DNA of 64,000 nt from Fidelibacterota bacterium (GCA_029939575.1 JAOZSR010000002.1:8814-72813), one strand, 5' to 3'; positions 9,609-20,293 are shown, counted from the first letter of the stretch. The notes: generated from the letters alone by a model not told the origin. Numbers and translations are program-made.

Positions 9609-10970
9609 TTATTTTCTTTTTTTAATTTGGGCAATGGCCAATTCAGCAGCCTTAACCAAAACATATTTAGTAGGCGCTGTTGTTAATAAAGGATGAGTCC
9701 CAAACTGGAAAGAGACAAATTCATATACAGTTACATATTTCTGAATCGCCAAACTAACAATGTTTATCATCTCTCCGACACCTTTTCCACCAAATAATTC
9801 ACCACCGATAATTTCGCCATTTTCAGGATTTGCAATAATTTTTGCTTCAAGGGGATAAGTATCGGCAATTGTTCCCGGATGCCTGTCAACATCTTTAAAT
9901 TGACCAATTACATAATCAATGTTTGCTTCTTTGGCAACTTGCTCAATTGCACCTGCAGATGCGAAGGCTTTTTTATTGATCTCGGTAGAAAATACGGAAA
10001 GTGTTCCTGTAAAACCTCTTAATAATTTGATATTAAATAAATTGTACCCCAGCACTCTGGCCTCTGCTGTTGCTGTAGAAGCAAGCATAATATTATCAGT
10101 CCTACCAGTAATAAATCCAAGTGTCTGAGCACAATCACCGACAGCATATACATCTTTTTTACCAGTTCTCCGGTAATTATCTACACGAATCATTCCCCGA
10201 CTGTTTATTTCCAGACCGGCCTTTTTTGCCAGGTCTGTTCTTGGTTTATATCCAACACAGAAAATAACAATATCAGCATTAATGACTTTTCCGGTAGATA
10301 ATTTTACACTGCTAACTTTACCATCTTTTCCCAATATTTCTTCTACTTTAGTTTCTGTATACAGATTGACTCCGGATTCTTTGATTTCAATATCCGCTTT
10401 TAAAGCAAAATCAACAGAAAAAGCTTTGTAAAGACAATGTTTTTCCATTTCTATAAGAGATACTACTTTATCTTTATACTTTGCTAATTGCTCAGCAATT
10501 TCCACTCCGATAAAACCGCCACCAATTACAACAATATTTTGAGCAGCATCTGTCTTTTTCATTAATTGATCGATATAACCGTAACTCTTTTTTATATTCT
10601 CTACACCATCCAGATCATAGCCTTTGATAAATTTTGGAATAGTTGGAGTAGAGCCAGTTGCAAAAACAAGTTTATTATAAGAAAACTCTTCACCGGATTC
10701 AGTTGTTAAACTTTTATTGTCAAAATTAATATTGGTGACTTTATCTACTAAAACTTCTCCACCGGCATCTACAAAGGGTTTCGGTCCCATGGCATTTTTT
10801 GACACATCTTCAAGATCATGGAAAATATAAGGAATTCCACAAGGAACCAGTCCCTTTTCTTCTTCTTTGATCATTAAAAATGATTTTTCAGGATTTTGTT
10901 TTTTTGCAGTGACACCGGTAATGATTCCTGAAGGACCACCTCCGATAATAATTACGTCATGATTTTTCAT
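9609..10970 (-). CDS. FAD-dependent NADH oxidase / CoA-disulfide reductase family oxidoreductase
   Basis: IIGGGPSG FAD motif, single redox Cys in VPCGIPY, ATGS, GGGFIGVE, YAVGDC. Start moved to ATG 10970 after AGGAG. Confidence 0.88.
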   Translation of the reverse strand: MKNHDVIIIGGGPSGIITGVTAKKQNPEKSFLMIKEEEKGLVPCGIPYIFHDLEDVSKNAMGPKPFVDAGGEVLVDKVTNINFDNKSLTTESGEEFSYNKLVFATGSTPTIPKFIKGYDLDGVENIKKSYGYIDQLMKKTDAAQNIVVIGGGFIGVEIAEQLAKYKDKVVSLIEMEKHCLYKAFSVDFALKADIEIKESGVNLYTETKVEEILGKDGKVSSVKLSTGKVINADIVIFCVGYKPRTDLAKKAGLEINSRGMIRVDNYRRTGKKDVYAVGDCAQTLGFITGRTDNIMLASTATAEARVLGYNLFNIKLLRGFTGTLSVFSTEINKKAFASAGAIEQVAKEANIDYVIGQFKDVDRHPGTIADTYPLEAKIIANPENGEIIGGELFGGKGVGEMINIVSLAIQKYVTVYEFVSFQFGTHPLLTTAPTKYVLVKAAELAIAQIKKRK

Positions 10971-11348
10971 AGAAATTTCTCCTAAGTTAAAAATTATACA
11001 TTCAAGCAACCGGATAATTTAACAATTTTTTTCAATATTATCATAAGAGAATATTTTCTTTTTAATTCAGGCATGTATAACGATACATTTTAAAAATAAA
11101 ATTAACTAACATATACATCGCTATTAAGATTTATAGAAAATCAGTAAATAAATAATCTTTTGCACTATGAATTGGTTTGATATTCCAATGGAACTGCAAA
11201 ACTGGCAGAAGCAGCTATTACAATTGGAATAATATCTGTAGCAATTTACGATTTTTAAAACTACTTTAAAAAATTGTCCTTGTTTACAATTAGGTTGTAA
11301 ATAAAGGCTATAATGACTTTAAACTAATGGCTATGAGAATATTTCAGA

Positions 11349-11765
11349 TTAGATTTTAGAATCATTATTCTTTTTTAGATATAGATAACATTCTATCATT
11401 AATATTAAGAATATCATATCCAGCACGCCAAAAAGTCCGACAAAAAGCCAATGCGGAATTTTACCAAAAAACGCATAAAAAAGAGCAATTGAAACGTAAG
11501 CCAATTTATATAAAGTACCAACTAAAATAAGATCACGGTTTTTATTCAGATCACCACGATAAATTAAATAATAAGCAACACCTATTACAAACAGGAACGC
11601 ACCAATCAAAGAAATATATGCTCCATATTCAGGTAATTTTTCCGAAATTCCAATTAAATTAAAAGCAAACTTATAAAAGAATGTAAAAACAATTCCCAGT
11701 ATCAGGTCATAAATAGCCGTAGCCAAAAAAATAGCCTTATAAAACTTTTCCCTCTTTTGTTCCAT
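11349..11765 (-). CDS. 4-TM membrane protein of unknown function
   Basis: 138 aa hydrophobic ORF with an AAGGAGG RBS. Confidence 0.8.
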   Translation of the reverse strand: MEQKREKFYKAIFLATAIYDLILGIVFTFFYKFAFNLIGISEKLPEYGAYISLIGAFLFVIGVAYYLIYRGDLNKNRDLILVGTLYKLAYVSIALFYAFFGKIPHWLFVGLFGVLDMIFLILMIECYLYLKKNNDSKI

Positions 11766-11815
11766 AATAGACCTCCTTGTTTTTAAATTATATGAAAATG
11801 TAAATATAATTCAAC

Positions 11816-12817
11816 TCATTCAAAAGGATATTTAAAGCCCCACTCATTTCGCATTTTGTCCATCACTTCCATGATTTTAACTGTTTCATCTAAAGAAATA
11901 ATTTCACTTTCCAACCTTCCTTCATTAATACATCGAAATACTTCTTCTACCTGGTAAACAAATCCATTGTCATGACATGGCTCATGAACTTCTGACTTGT
12001 TAACTATCTCATTTGTACCATTGTGTTGCGAGACTGTAAACCGCTGACCAACCTGGAATTGTGGATATTCAATATAACCTTTTGAACCATAAATAATTGC
12101 CTTATCTATCATATGAAGGTTAAAACTTGTACAAATATTCACTAAACAGCCAGAAGGAAATCGAAACATATAATTAGCGATTTCATCTACTCCCAAATCA
12201 CTAAAACGGGTCATTGATTTAATTTCTACAGGAATTTCTCCCAACACATTACAAATAAAGGAAATCGGATAAATTCCCATATCCAGCGTAACGCCTCCTG
12301 CCAAATTTGGATCTTTTAATCTTGTTTCATATTTAGGTGATACAATTCCGCCAAATGTAATATTGCACTCTTTTATTTCACCAATTTCCTGATTTTTGAG
12401 CATCTTCTTCAAAGTTTTTTGAGCAGGTAAAAATCTCACCCACATTGCCTCCATCAAAAAAAGTTTCTTCTTCCGTGCAATACGAACAAGTTCCCGAGCC
12501 TCATTAGCATTAACGGTAAATGGCTTCTCAATCAAAACATGTTTTCCATTCTCCAAAGCCAATTTGGCATTTTCAAAATGAAAATTATGAGTTGTTGCCA
12601 CATAAACAACATCAATTGCTTTACTTGTAACTAATTCCTGGTAAGAATAAGTCTGATCAACACCATTTTCATCAGCAAATATTTTTGCCCTTGATGGAGT
12701 TTTTGAGGCTATGCCATAGAGATGATTTTGAGGAGTTTTATTAAGAGCATTCGCCATTCTTTTTGCAATTACTCCGGCTCCCATTATACCCCAATTAAGT
12801 TTTTTTACTTTTTCCAT
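11816..12817 (-). CDS. Gfo/Idh/MocA family oxidoreductase
   Basis: WGIMGAGVIA, VYVATTHNFH, LIEKP, LMEAMW, GGVTLDMGIY. Confidence 0.93.
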   Translation of the reverse strand: MEKVKKLNWGIMGAGVIAKRMANALNKTPQNHLYGIASKTPSRAKIFADENGVDQTYSYQELVTSKAIDVVYVATTHNFHFENAKLALENGKHVLIEKPFTVNANEARELVRIARKKKLFLMEAMWVRFLPAQKTLKKMLKNQEIGEIKECNITFGGIVSPKYETRLKDPNLAGGVTLDMGIYPISFICNVLGEIPVEIKSMTRFSDLGVDEIANYMFRFPSGCLVNICTSFNLHMIDKAIIYGSKGYIEYPQFQVGQRFTVSQHNGTNEIVNKSEVHEPCHDNGFVYQVEEVFRCINEGRLESEIISLDETVKIMEVMDKMRNEWGFKYPFE

Positions 12818-12869
12818 ACCATTTCCTCTTGCTAATTACTTTTCCAATATATGATTTTTACCAAATATC

Positions 12870-14027
12870 TTATTTTGATTTTGGAAAAAATTGGATTAAA
12901 ATATTATCAATGTGAGCACGCCAATTGCCCCAGCTATGACCTTCATGAAATTCATTTGTCTTAACAAAATATTCTTTTTTGTTAAGAGTTGATAATAATA
13001 ATTTATTAGCCTTTTGTATCGATGGTTCATAACTACCCCAATCAAGATAAAAGGATATATTTTTCCTTTCTCCATTAAAAAGTAAATTGATAATCCTATT
13101 ATCATCTACCCAAAAAGCCCCCGATTGACTGGCACAAAGGCCAATAATTTGCGGATAATGGTAACAAATATAAACTGAAATCAACCCTCCGAGAGATGCT
13201 CCCATTATACACCTTTTATCTGGTTTATCAATTGTTCGATAATGACTGTCGATATAAGGAACAAGTTCTTTGACAATCATTTCCATATATTTGGTATTTA
13301 TCCAATATTCTGTATTTCGCTTAACGGGATTAATAAAAACAACAATACACTCTTCAATTTTATTATGTGCAATCAGGTAATCCAGGATATTATTCATCTT
13401 TGCAATATTTTTGTATTCCTCTCCGTCATTAACATAAACAACCGGATATTTCTTCGGCTCCTTATCGTCATACTTCGGGGGTAAATAAACATAAATCTGT
13501 CTGGAATTATTCAACGAATCACTGTGAAAATTCAAGGATGATACATTACCTTGAAAAATATCAGAATAAAATTCAATTTCCCGGGGCTGTCTATAATCTC
13601 CCATAGCTAATTCGGAATTTTGTCCAAATCCGCTCAAAATTGCTTTAGAATTCAGAGGATCCAAAATCCAGGAAGTTCCATCTTTTACAAATTTATAGTC
13701 AATTCGGGCATCTTTCTCAAATATTTTTGTCAAATATTGAAAATTAGTTCCCGGTACATTTGTCATTGTGTCTTTCTCCGGACTCCATCCATTGAAATCC
13801 CCGGTCACAATTACTGGTGCTGATGAAAAACTATTAAAAATAAAATGAGCCATTGTATCTTCTATTATCGGAAATTCTTTCTCGGATTGCATAAAATTAT
13901 CTATTATTTCAATCCTACGATTTTGCTCGGCATTCCTAACAGAATTTAGAAAATCATGGAAATCTTGTCCCTTTAAGACACTGGAAAAAATCAGTAACAA
14001 AACACAAAATAATTTTTGGTAGTTCAT
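12870..14027 (-). CDS. Exported esterase (Fes-like alpha/beta hydrolase with N-terminal CBM48-like domain)
   Basis: Signal peptide; VTGDFNGW...YKFVKDG.WILDPLN; nucleophile elbow GASLGG; catalytic His in GHSW. Confidence 0.88.
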   Translation of the reverse strand: MNYQKLFCVLLLIFSSVLKGQDFHDFLNSVRNAEQNRRIEIIDNFMQSEKEFPIIEDTMAHFIFNSFSSAPVIVTGDFNGWSPEKDTMTNVPGTNFQYLTKIFEKDARIDYKFVKDGTSWILDPLNSKAILSGFGQNSELAMGDYRQPREIEFYSDIFQGNVSSLNFHSDSLNNSRQIYVYLPPKYDDKEPKKYPVVYVNDGEEYKNIAKMNNILDYLIAHNKIEECIVVFINPVKRNTEYWINTKYMEMIVKELVPYIDSHYRTIDKPDKRCIMGASLGGLISVYICYHYPQIIGLCASQSGAFWVDDNRIINLLFNGERKNISFYLDWGSYEPSIQKANKLLLSTLNKKEYFVKTNEFHEGHSWGNWRAHIDNILIQFFPKSK

Positions 14028-14249
14028 AAATACTCACTGTTTTTAATTTTAAAAGTTTATCTGATTCATTTTGGAATTTATAAAAGAATATACACCATGC
14101 CAAATGGATTGCTTCGGAATTATTAAAATTCTTATATGTACATTTATTTTTGAATCCATTCAATTAATTATTAATATTAAAAAGAAATATTAATTAATGG
14201 AAAAATGATTGATTTTACTAAATAACAGGTAGTTGAGGAGTTTAGAAAA

Positions 14250-15374
14250 ATGTTTGAAAATATAAATATAATGCAAGAATCGGAAGTTAAGCCGGCAATT
14301 AACAGGCTAATTAAAGCAAGAGCTTTTTCATTAATGATAAAAGGTATATCCAGGGATCTACCAAAAGAAAAATTGATCAAAATATTTGATAATATCTCAA
14401 CAATTAAAGACTTTCAAACAAAATTTATTAAGCCTTTATTAGATACAATTATTTTTAAAACTACAAATGGACTTTCTTATGATGGAGTAAATAATCTTGA
14501 CCCATCCCAGGCTTATTTATTTATTTCAAATCATAGAGATATTATTCTGGATTCAACATTTTTAAATTATATCTTATTAAACAATAGCCATGAAACAACC
14601 CAGCTGGCTATTGGGGACAATCTGCTAATTTACCCCTGGATTACTGACTTTTTAAGACTGAATAAAAGTTTTATTGTGAAAAGAGATATGTCACCACGAC
14701 AACTCTACACTTACTCAAAAAAACTTTCTGAATATATTCACAATACTATTACAAATGAAAAAGTATCTATCTGGATCGCCCAGCGTGAAGGTCGTGCAAA
14801 AGACGGACATGATGAAACACAAACCGGTGTTCTAAAAATGCTTAGCATGGGGAATAAAACAAATTTTGTTGACCATTTTAAATCATTACAAATTGTTCCG
14901 GTATCAATTTCCTATGAGTTTGATCCTTGTGATAATATAAAAATTAAAGAATTATATCAGAAAAAAACAGGTGGTGAATATTCTAAAACAACCAAAGATG
15001 ATTTGAAAAGTATGATTACCGGCATTACCGGACAAAAAGGACGAGTTCATTATTCAATTGGAAAACCAATTAACAAAGAATTAAATGATTTTCAGACTTT
15101 CCCGAATCTTAACACTTTTGTTAAAAATTTGGCACTTTTACTCGACCATGAAATCCAATCAAATTATAAACTCTGGAGTACTAATTATCTTGCTCATGAT
15201 ATGCTAAATAATACTAGTATGTATACAGATAAATATAACGACAAGGATAAAAAAAGTTTTCAGGAATTGATAGCAGAAAGAATTAAAGGAATTGACGGTA
15301 AAAAAACCGTATTAGAAACCATTTTATTAGAAATGTATTCCAATCCGGTTAAAAATCGACTAAAACGCAGTTAA
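14250..15374 (+). CDS. Glycerolipid acyltransferase (PlsC-like)
   Basis: SNHRDIILD (HX4D motif) and AQREGRAKDG. Confidence 0.88.
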   Translation: MFENINIMQESEVKPAINRLIKARAFSLMIKGISRDLPKEKLIKIFDNISTIKDFQTKFIKPLLDTIIFKTTNGLSYDGVNNLDPSQAYLFISNHRDIILDSTFLNYILLNNSHETTQLAIGDNLLIYPWITDFLRLNKSFIVKRDMSPRQLYTYSKKLSEYIHNTITNEKVSIWIAQREGRAKDGHDETQTGVLKMLSMGNKTNFVDHFKSLQIVPVSISYEFDPCDNIKIKELYQKKTGGEYSKTTKDDLKSMITGITGQKGRVHYSIGKPINKELNDFQTFPNLNTFVKNLALLLDHEIQSNYKLWSTNYLAHDMLNNTSMYTDKYNDKDKKSFQELIAERIKGIDGKKTVLETILLEMYSNPVKNRLKRS

Positions 15375-15376
15375 TA

Positions 15377-16084
15377 TTATTTAAGAAACCAGCGACTAAT
15401 TTTAATTAAAATCCGTTTTGATAATTTACTTTTTCCATGATTTACATTTAACTCCTGCCTGACAGAATACCTGTAACGGGTTTCTTTCGCCAAAGCATTT
15501 GCCAAAAAATAAGGATGATATTGTCCGGCCTTGTTACGTAAAATTACATCCATGGACTGTTTGTTATCGTAAGGTATTAATTGTTTTTTTAAATTTAAAG
15601 CATTTTTACAATTTACGAGGTAACAGAATGTACCATTGTTAATTCCTCTTTTACGGATTAATTGTGGTTTGAGAAAATATTCATTAACCGGAATACCAGT
15701 GACATTATGATATCCTAATCTTATCATATCCCAGTCATCCGGAACATTTTCCCAGGGAATGTCTGAAAGCTTTTCCAAAAAATCTTTTCTCAAAACAGCA
15801 TCATCTTCACAGATCAATGCAACTTCACAATCAGGATCATTATGAACTTTTTCCCACAAAGTCACATGACTAAGCAAGCAGCCCAGGCTTCCCGGCATGC
15901 GTAGTTTAAAATTTTTCCCAAGATATTCATTTTGCTTATATTCTTCTATATTAACATTGCCTCCGTTCACTGCCGGCCACAAAGTCACATCTATTCCAGC
16001 TTCCTTACTACTTTTAAAAAATCGCTTTAATCTTTCCGCACCTTCTACTTCCATACCTATTACATAGGCTTTATCAAAATGCAT
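15377..16084 (-). CDS. Glycosyltransferase family 25
   Basis: AYVI, AVNG, GSLGCLLSH..LW, CEDDA. Confidence 0.85.
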   Translation of the reverse strand: MHFDKAYVIGMEVEGAERLKRFFKSSKEAGIDVTLWPAVNGGNVNIEEYKQNEYLGKNFKLRMPGSLGCLLSHVTLWEKVHNDPDCEVALICEDDAVLRKDFLEKLSDIPWENVPDDWDMIRLGYHNVTGIPVNEYFLKPQLIRKRGINNGTFCYLVNCKNALNLKKQLIPYDNKQSMDVILRNKAGQYHPYFLANALAKETRYRYSVRQELNVNHGKSKLSKRILIKISRWFLK

Positions 16085-16094
16085 TAATACCCCT

Positions 16095-17339
16095 TTATTT
16101 TCGTTTTACATATTTATAAATTTTATCAGAACGGCGAATTATATTTTGAATTTTCATTGAAAAATAAACACCTTTTTCAGCAATAGTTACTTTCTTATCA
16201 TCAATTCGTATTTCATCAATTACAGATTCCACAACTCCTGTTGTTGGACCAATAATCAAAATTTCATCACCCTTTTTTACTGAATTCGCTTCTGTAAAAA
16301 CTTCACCAACTTTGATTTTCGAAAAATAATTAGTGATTTTTCCAACATATATTTTTTTCCTGGTAGCGACTGATCCATATTTATGAGACCACTCACCTAA
16401 TTTTTGTCCCAAGTAATAACCATCCCAAAATCCCCGGTTAAAAACAGAACTTAACCTTTTATTCCACTGATCAATTTTATCTTTAGTAAAATCATTATTA
16501 AAATAAGCAGTTAACGCCTCTTTATAACATTTTGTTACAGTTAATACATATTCTGGCGAACGAGCCCGTCCTTCAATTTTCAAAACAGTAACACCAGCAT
16601 CAAGAATCTTATTTAAAAAATGAATTGTGCACAGATCCTTGGGTGACATAATATATTCATTATCAATTTCCAGTTCATTCCCGGTTTCAATATCAGTTAC
16701 CCTGTAGGCTCTTCTACAAACCTGGAGACAAGCACCACGATTAGCAGAATAATTCATAGAATGAAGACTCAGATAACATTTCCCGGAAATGGCCATACAC
16801 AAAGCACCATGAATAAACATTTCAATTTTGACCAAATTCCCAGACGGTCCGGTGATTTTTTCTTCTTTAATGGCCCTGGAAATTTGACCAACCTGCTCCA
16901 AAGTTACTTCTCTCGCTAAAACAACTACATCAGCAAATTGGGCGAAAAATTTTACAGCTTCAATATTACTAATATTTGCCTGGGTTGACATATGAATTTC
17001 AACATTTTTTGTAATTGCATAATTCAAAACAGCCATATCACTGGCAATAATTGCAGAAACATCACTCTTTTTTGCAGTATCAACTATTTGTTTCATCAAA
17101 TCCAAATCATTATTGTAAATGACGGTATTGAGGGTGAGATAACTTTTAATCTTTTCTTTTTTACAAATCAGGACAATTTCCTGCAAATCATCTATTGTAA
17201 AATTTTGTGATGATTTTGAACGCATATTTAATCGTGAAATGCCAAAGTATACTGAATTGGCACCTGCTTGAATGGCAGCTCTTAAAGATGAAAAAGAACC
17301 AACCGGAGCCATTATTTCTATTTCATTTTTACTAACCAT
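16095..17339 (-). CDS. U32-family Fe-S protein (TrhP-like RNA hydroxylase candidate)
   Basis: EIMAPVGS; HGALCMAISGKC...NRGACLQVCRR Cys cluster; MSPKDLC; KIEGR. Confidence 0.88.
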   Translation of the reverse strand: MVSKNEIEIMAPVGSFSSLRAAIQAGANSVYFGISRLNMRSKSSQNFTIDDLQEIVLICKKEKIKSYLTLNTVIYNNDLDLMKQIVDTAKKSDVSAIIASDMAVLNYAITKNVEIHMSTQANISNIEAVKFFAQFADVVVLAREVTLEQVGQISRAIKEEKITGPSGNLVKIEMFIHGALCMAISGKCYLSLHSMNYSANRGACLQVCRRAYRVTDIETGNELEIDNEYIMSPKDLCTIHFLNKILDAGVTVLKIEGRARSPEYVLTVTKCYKEALTAYFNNDFTKDKIDQWNKRLSSVFNRGFWDGYYLGQKLGEWSHKYGSVATRKKIYVGKITNYFSKIKVGEVFTEANSVKKGDEILIIGPTTGVVESVIDEIRIDDKKVTIAEKGVYFSMKIQNIIRRSDKIYKYVKRK

Positions 17340-17557
17340 TTTCCTCTAACCAAAAATTTTAATTTCATTGAAAAATATACAATAAAAAAGATAGAATATA
17401 AAAAATAATTGACATATTTTTTATATAATGGCAAATATACAGGCTATTTCATACAATACAAACGCCTATAAGATAAATAAAAACAATGATATTTCCCATG
17501 ATTAAATCAACAAAACTACTATCAAAAAATAATTCAACAGTTTGTACGTTATTTGAC

Positions 17558-17586
17558 TTGCATAAGGAAAGTGAAAAAATTAAATT
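17558..17586 (+). promoter_or_regulatory. Putative sigma70 promoter of the ffh operon
   Basis: TTGCAT, 17-nt spacer, TAAATT, about 40 nt upstream of ffh. Confidence 0.45.
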
Positions 17587-17625
17587 TGTCTGCTATATGC
17601 ATTAGATAGAAATTGAATCAGGAAT

Positions 17626-18948
17626 ATGTTAGAACAGTTACAAAATAGTTTTGGAAAAATAGTTAAAACTCTTCGTGGAGAAGGCAAAATTACGGAAAGC
17701 AATATCCGTGACAGGATGCGTGACGTCCGTCGCGCTTTGCTGGAAGCCGATGTAAATTATAAAGTAGTAAAAGATTTTATTAAGACTACTGAAGAAAAAG
17801 CAATTGGTGTCAAAATCACTAAAAGCCTTTCTCCAGGTCAGGTAATTGTCAAAATTATAAACGATGAGTTAACTGCACTTCTTGGTAAACAGAAATACAA
17901 TCTCAAAACCGCTTCAACCCCACCAACAATAATCCTGTTAACCGGACTCCAGGGATGTGGAAAAACTACATTTGCCGCGAAATTAGCCAACCATTTGAAA
18001 AAGCAAAATCATAAACCATTATTAGTTCCGGTAGATATTTATAGACCTGCAGCAGTGCAGCAATTAGAAATACTTGGAAAACAAATTGATACAGATGTTT
18101 ATTCTGAAAAAAAGAAGGTCCTCAAAAGAATAAAAGGAGCTGTTAGTTTTGCACGGGAAAATAATCATGATACGATCATTGTAGATACAGCAGGGCGTTT
18201 GCATATTGATGATAAAATGATGAAAGAACTGGTTAGCATAAAAAAAACATTTTCTCCGGACAATACTTTCTTTGTTGCTGACGGACTTACAGGGCAGGAT
18301 GCAGTAAACACGGCAAAAGTCTTTGATGAACAGATTAATTTTGATGGAATAGTACTTACAAAAATGGATAGTGATGCCCGCGGTGGTGCAGCTTTATCCG
18401 TTGTAAAAGCCACAGGTAAACCAATAGCTTTTATTGGCATTGGCGAAAAACCGGAAGATCTTGAAATTTTTCATCCGGACCGCATAGCAAACAGAATTTT
18501 AGGCATGGGTGATATAGTTTCCCTGGTTGAAAAAGTACAGGAAACAGTAGATATAGAAGAAGCCCAAAAATTGGAAAAAAAACTTCGTAAAAATGAATTC
18601 ACTTTAGAAGATTTTCTTTCTCAACTTAAACAGATGAAAAAACTTGGACCTTTAGAAAACATCATAGAAATGATGCCCGGTATGGGAAATAAATTTAAAA
18701 ATATGCAAGTAGATAATAAAGAATTATCCCGTACAGAAGCGATAATTCACTCAATGACAAAAAAAGAACGAATAAAACCAAATATTATAAATGGAAGTCG
18801 CAGGAAGAGAATAGCAAGAGGTAGTGGTACAAAAGTAAATGATGTAAACAGACTACTTAATCAATATAAACAATTAAATAAACTTATGAAACGGATGGGT
18901 AAAATGAGGCTTCCGAAAAACCTGTCATCGTTAAAAATGGGTATTTAA
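17626..18948 (+). CDS. ffh: Signal recognition particle protein
   Basis: ALLEADV, GLQGCGKTT, DTAGR, TKMDSDARGG, RILGMGD, Met-rich M domain. Confidence 0.98.
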   Translation: MLEQLQNSFGKIVKTLRGEGKITESNIRDRMRDVRRALLEADVNYKVVKDFIKTTEEKAIGVKITKSLSPGQVIVKIINDELTALLGKQKYNLKTASTPPTIILLTGLQGCGKTTFAAKLANHLKKQNHKPLLVPVDIYRPAAVQQLEILGKQIDTDVYSEKKKVLKRIKGAVSFARENNHDTIIVDTAGRLHIDDKMMKELVSIKKTFSPDNTFFVADGLTGQDAVNTAKVFDEQINFDGIVLTKMDSDARGGAALSVVKATGKPIAFIGIGEKPEDLEIFHPDRIANRILGMGDIVSLVEKVQETVDIEEAQKLEKKLRKNEFTLEDFLSQLKQMKKLGPLENIIEMMPGMGNKFKNMQVDNKELSRTEAIIHSMTKKERIKPNIINGSRRKRIARGSGTKVNDVNRLLNQYKQLNKLMKRMGKMRLPKNLSSLKMGI

Positions 18949-18966
18949 AAAATAAAGGAGATATCT

Positions 18967-19416
18967 TTGGCAGTTAAAATTAGATTACAAAGGTTGGGAA
19001 GGAAAAAGAAACCATTTTTCCGTATAATAGTAATTGATTCCAGGAAAAGAAGAGATGGAAGATACTTAGAAAAAATCGGATACTATGATCCATTGACAAA
19101 ACCAGCAACAGTAAAAATTGATAAAGAAAAGGTACTAGCCTGGCTAGAAAAAGGTGCCATTCCTTCTGATACAGTTTTTAATCTATTGCAAAAAGAAGGC
19201 ATTGCCCTTGAATGGCATCTTATCAGGAATAAAGTTGGCGAAAAAAGTCGTAATATTGAATTACAAAAATGGGAATTAGCCAAAAAAGAACGTGAGACAA
19301 AAAGTACAGAAACACCTGTAGAAGAAAAAATAGAAAAAACAGAAGAGCCTAAAAAAGAAGATAAAACTGTAGAGAATACTAAACCGGCTGAAACAGAAGA
19401 ATCTAAATCAAAATAA
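18967..19416 (+). CDS. rpsP: 30S ribosomal protein S16 with acidic C-terminal extension
   Basis: MAVKIRLQRLGRKKKPFFRI...RDGRYLEKIGYYDP; TTG start after AAGGAG. Confidence 0.97.
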   Translation: MAVKIRLQRLGRKKKPFFRIIVIDSRKRRDGRYLEKIGYYDPLTKPATVKIDKEKVLAWLEKGAIPSDTVFNLLQKEGIALEWHLIRNKVGEKSRNIELQKWELAKKERETKSTETPVEEKIEKTEEPKKEDKTVENTKPAETEESKSK

Positions 19417-19546
19417 TTTAGAAAAGATTTTGATGACCTGTCAATTTTAAATATTACTACTATTTATTAAATTTTTCTTTAAATTAGTAGGCTTGACTTT
19501 TGGAAAAAACGTGTTTTATTGAAATCAGTTATAAAGGAGAATCAGA

Positions 19547-19780
19547 ATGCAAGAATTCATTGAATTTATCGTCAAAAAATTAGTTGACAATCCGGATGAA
19601 GTAAAAGTAACTCAGGTTGATAGTGAAAAAACTATTATTCTTGAACTTCAGGTTAAAGAAGGTGATCTTGGTAAAGTTATCGGTAAAAAAGGTCGAACAG
19701 CAAAATCTATAAGAACTCTGTTAACTGCAGCTGCAGCTAAACAAGGACAAAAAAGAGCGATTCTGGAAATTATAGAGTAG
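19547..19780 (+). CDS. khpA: KH-domain RNA-binding protein
   Basis: LVDNPDEV...DLGKVIGKKGRTAKSIR; lies between rpsP and rimM. Confidence 0.93.
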   Translation: MQEFIEFIVKKLVDNPDEVKVTQVDSEKTIILELQVKEGDLGKVIGKKGRTAKSIRTLLTAAAAKQGQKRAILEIIE

Positions 19781-19783
19781 TAT

Positions 19784-20293
19784 TTGAAAACACGAGAAAG
19801 CAAACTGGTTCCAATTGGCTCAGTATCCAAACCACATGGAATAAAAGGTGAACTGGTTGTTGCACTCAATTATTCTGACATTGAGATTGATAAAAATTTA
19901 AGGATAATATGGTTGGGAGATTCACCTAACCACATTCATCCCTGGAAAATTGAAACTTATCGTTTAGGTGAAAAACGAATTTTTTTGAAATTGCGAGATG
20001 TAAATTCTTTAGAGGAAGCCAAATATTTAGAAGAAATTAAAGTTTTTTTACCCCAAAATTTAATTCAACATACTGCTTTTTCGGAAATTCTAAATTTTAC
20101 TGTTTTTGATTCTAAAACTCAGAAACAAGTCGGAATTGTTAAGAGTATTGATCTTACTAATCCACAAATTCTCATGTTAATCGAAACTGGTAAAAATGAA
20201 TTAATGCTGCCCATAGTTGATGAATTTGTAAAAGAAATAGATCAAGCAAAAAAAAGAATATCAGTTGAATTAATTGAAGGCTTTGGTATTTAA
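19784..20293 (+). CDS. rimM: Ribosome maturation factor RimM
   Basis: IGSVSKPHGIKGE motif, C-terminal PRC barrel, synteny. Confidence 0.9.
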   Translation: MKTRESKLVPIGSVSKPHGIKGELVVALNYSDIEIDKNLRIIWLGDSPNHIHPWKIETYRLGEKRIFLKLRDVNSLEEAKYLEEIKVFLPQNLIQHTAFSEILNFTVFDSKTQKQVGIVKSIDLTNPQILMLIETGKNELMLPIVDEFVKEIDQAKKRISVELIEGFGI

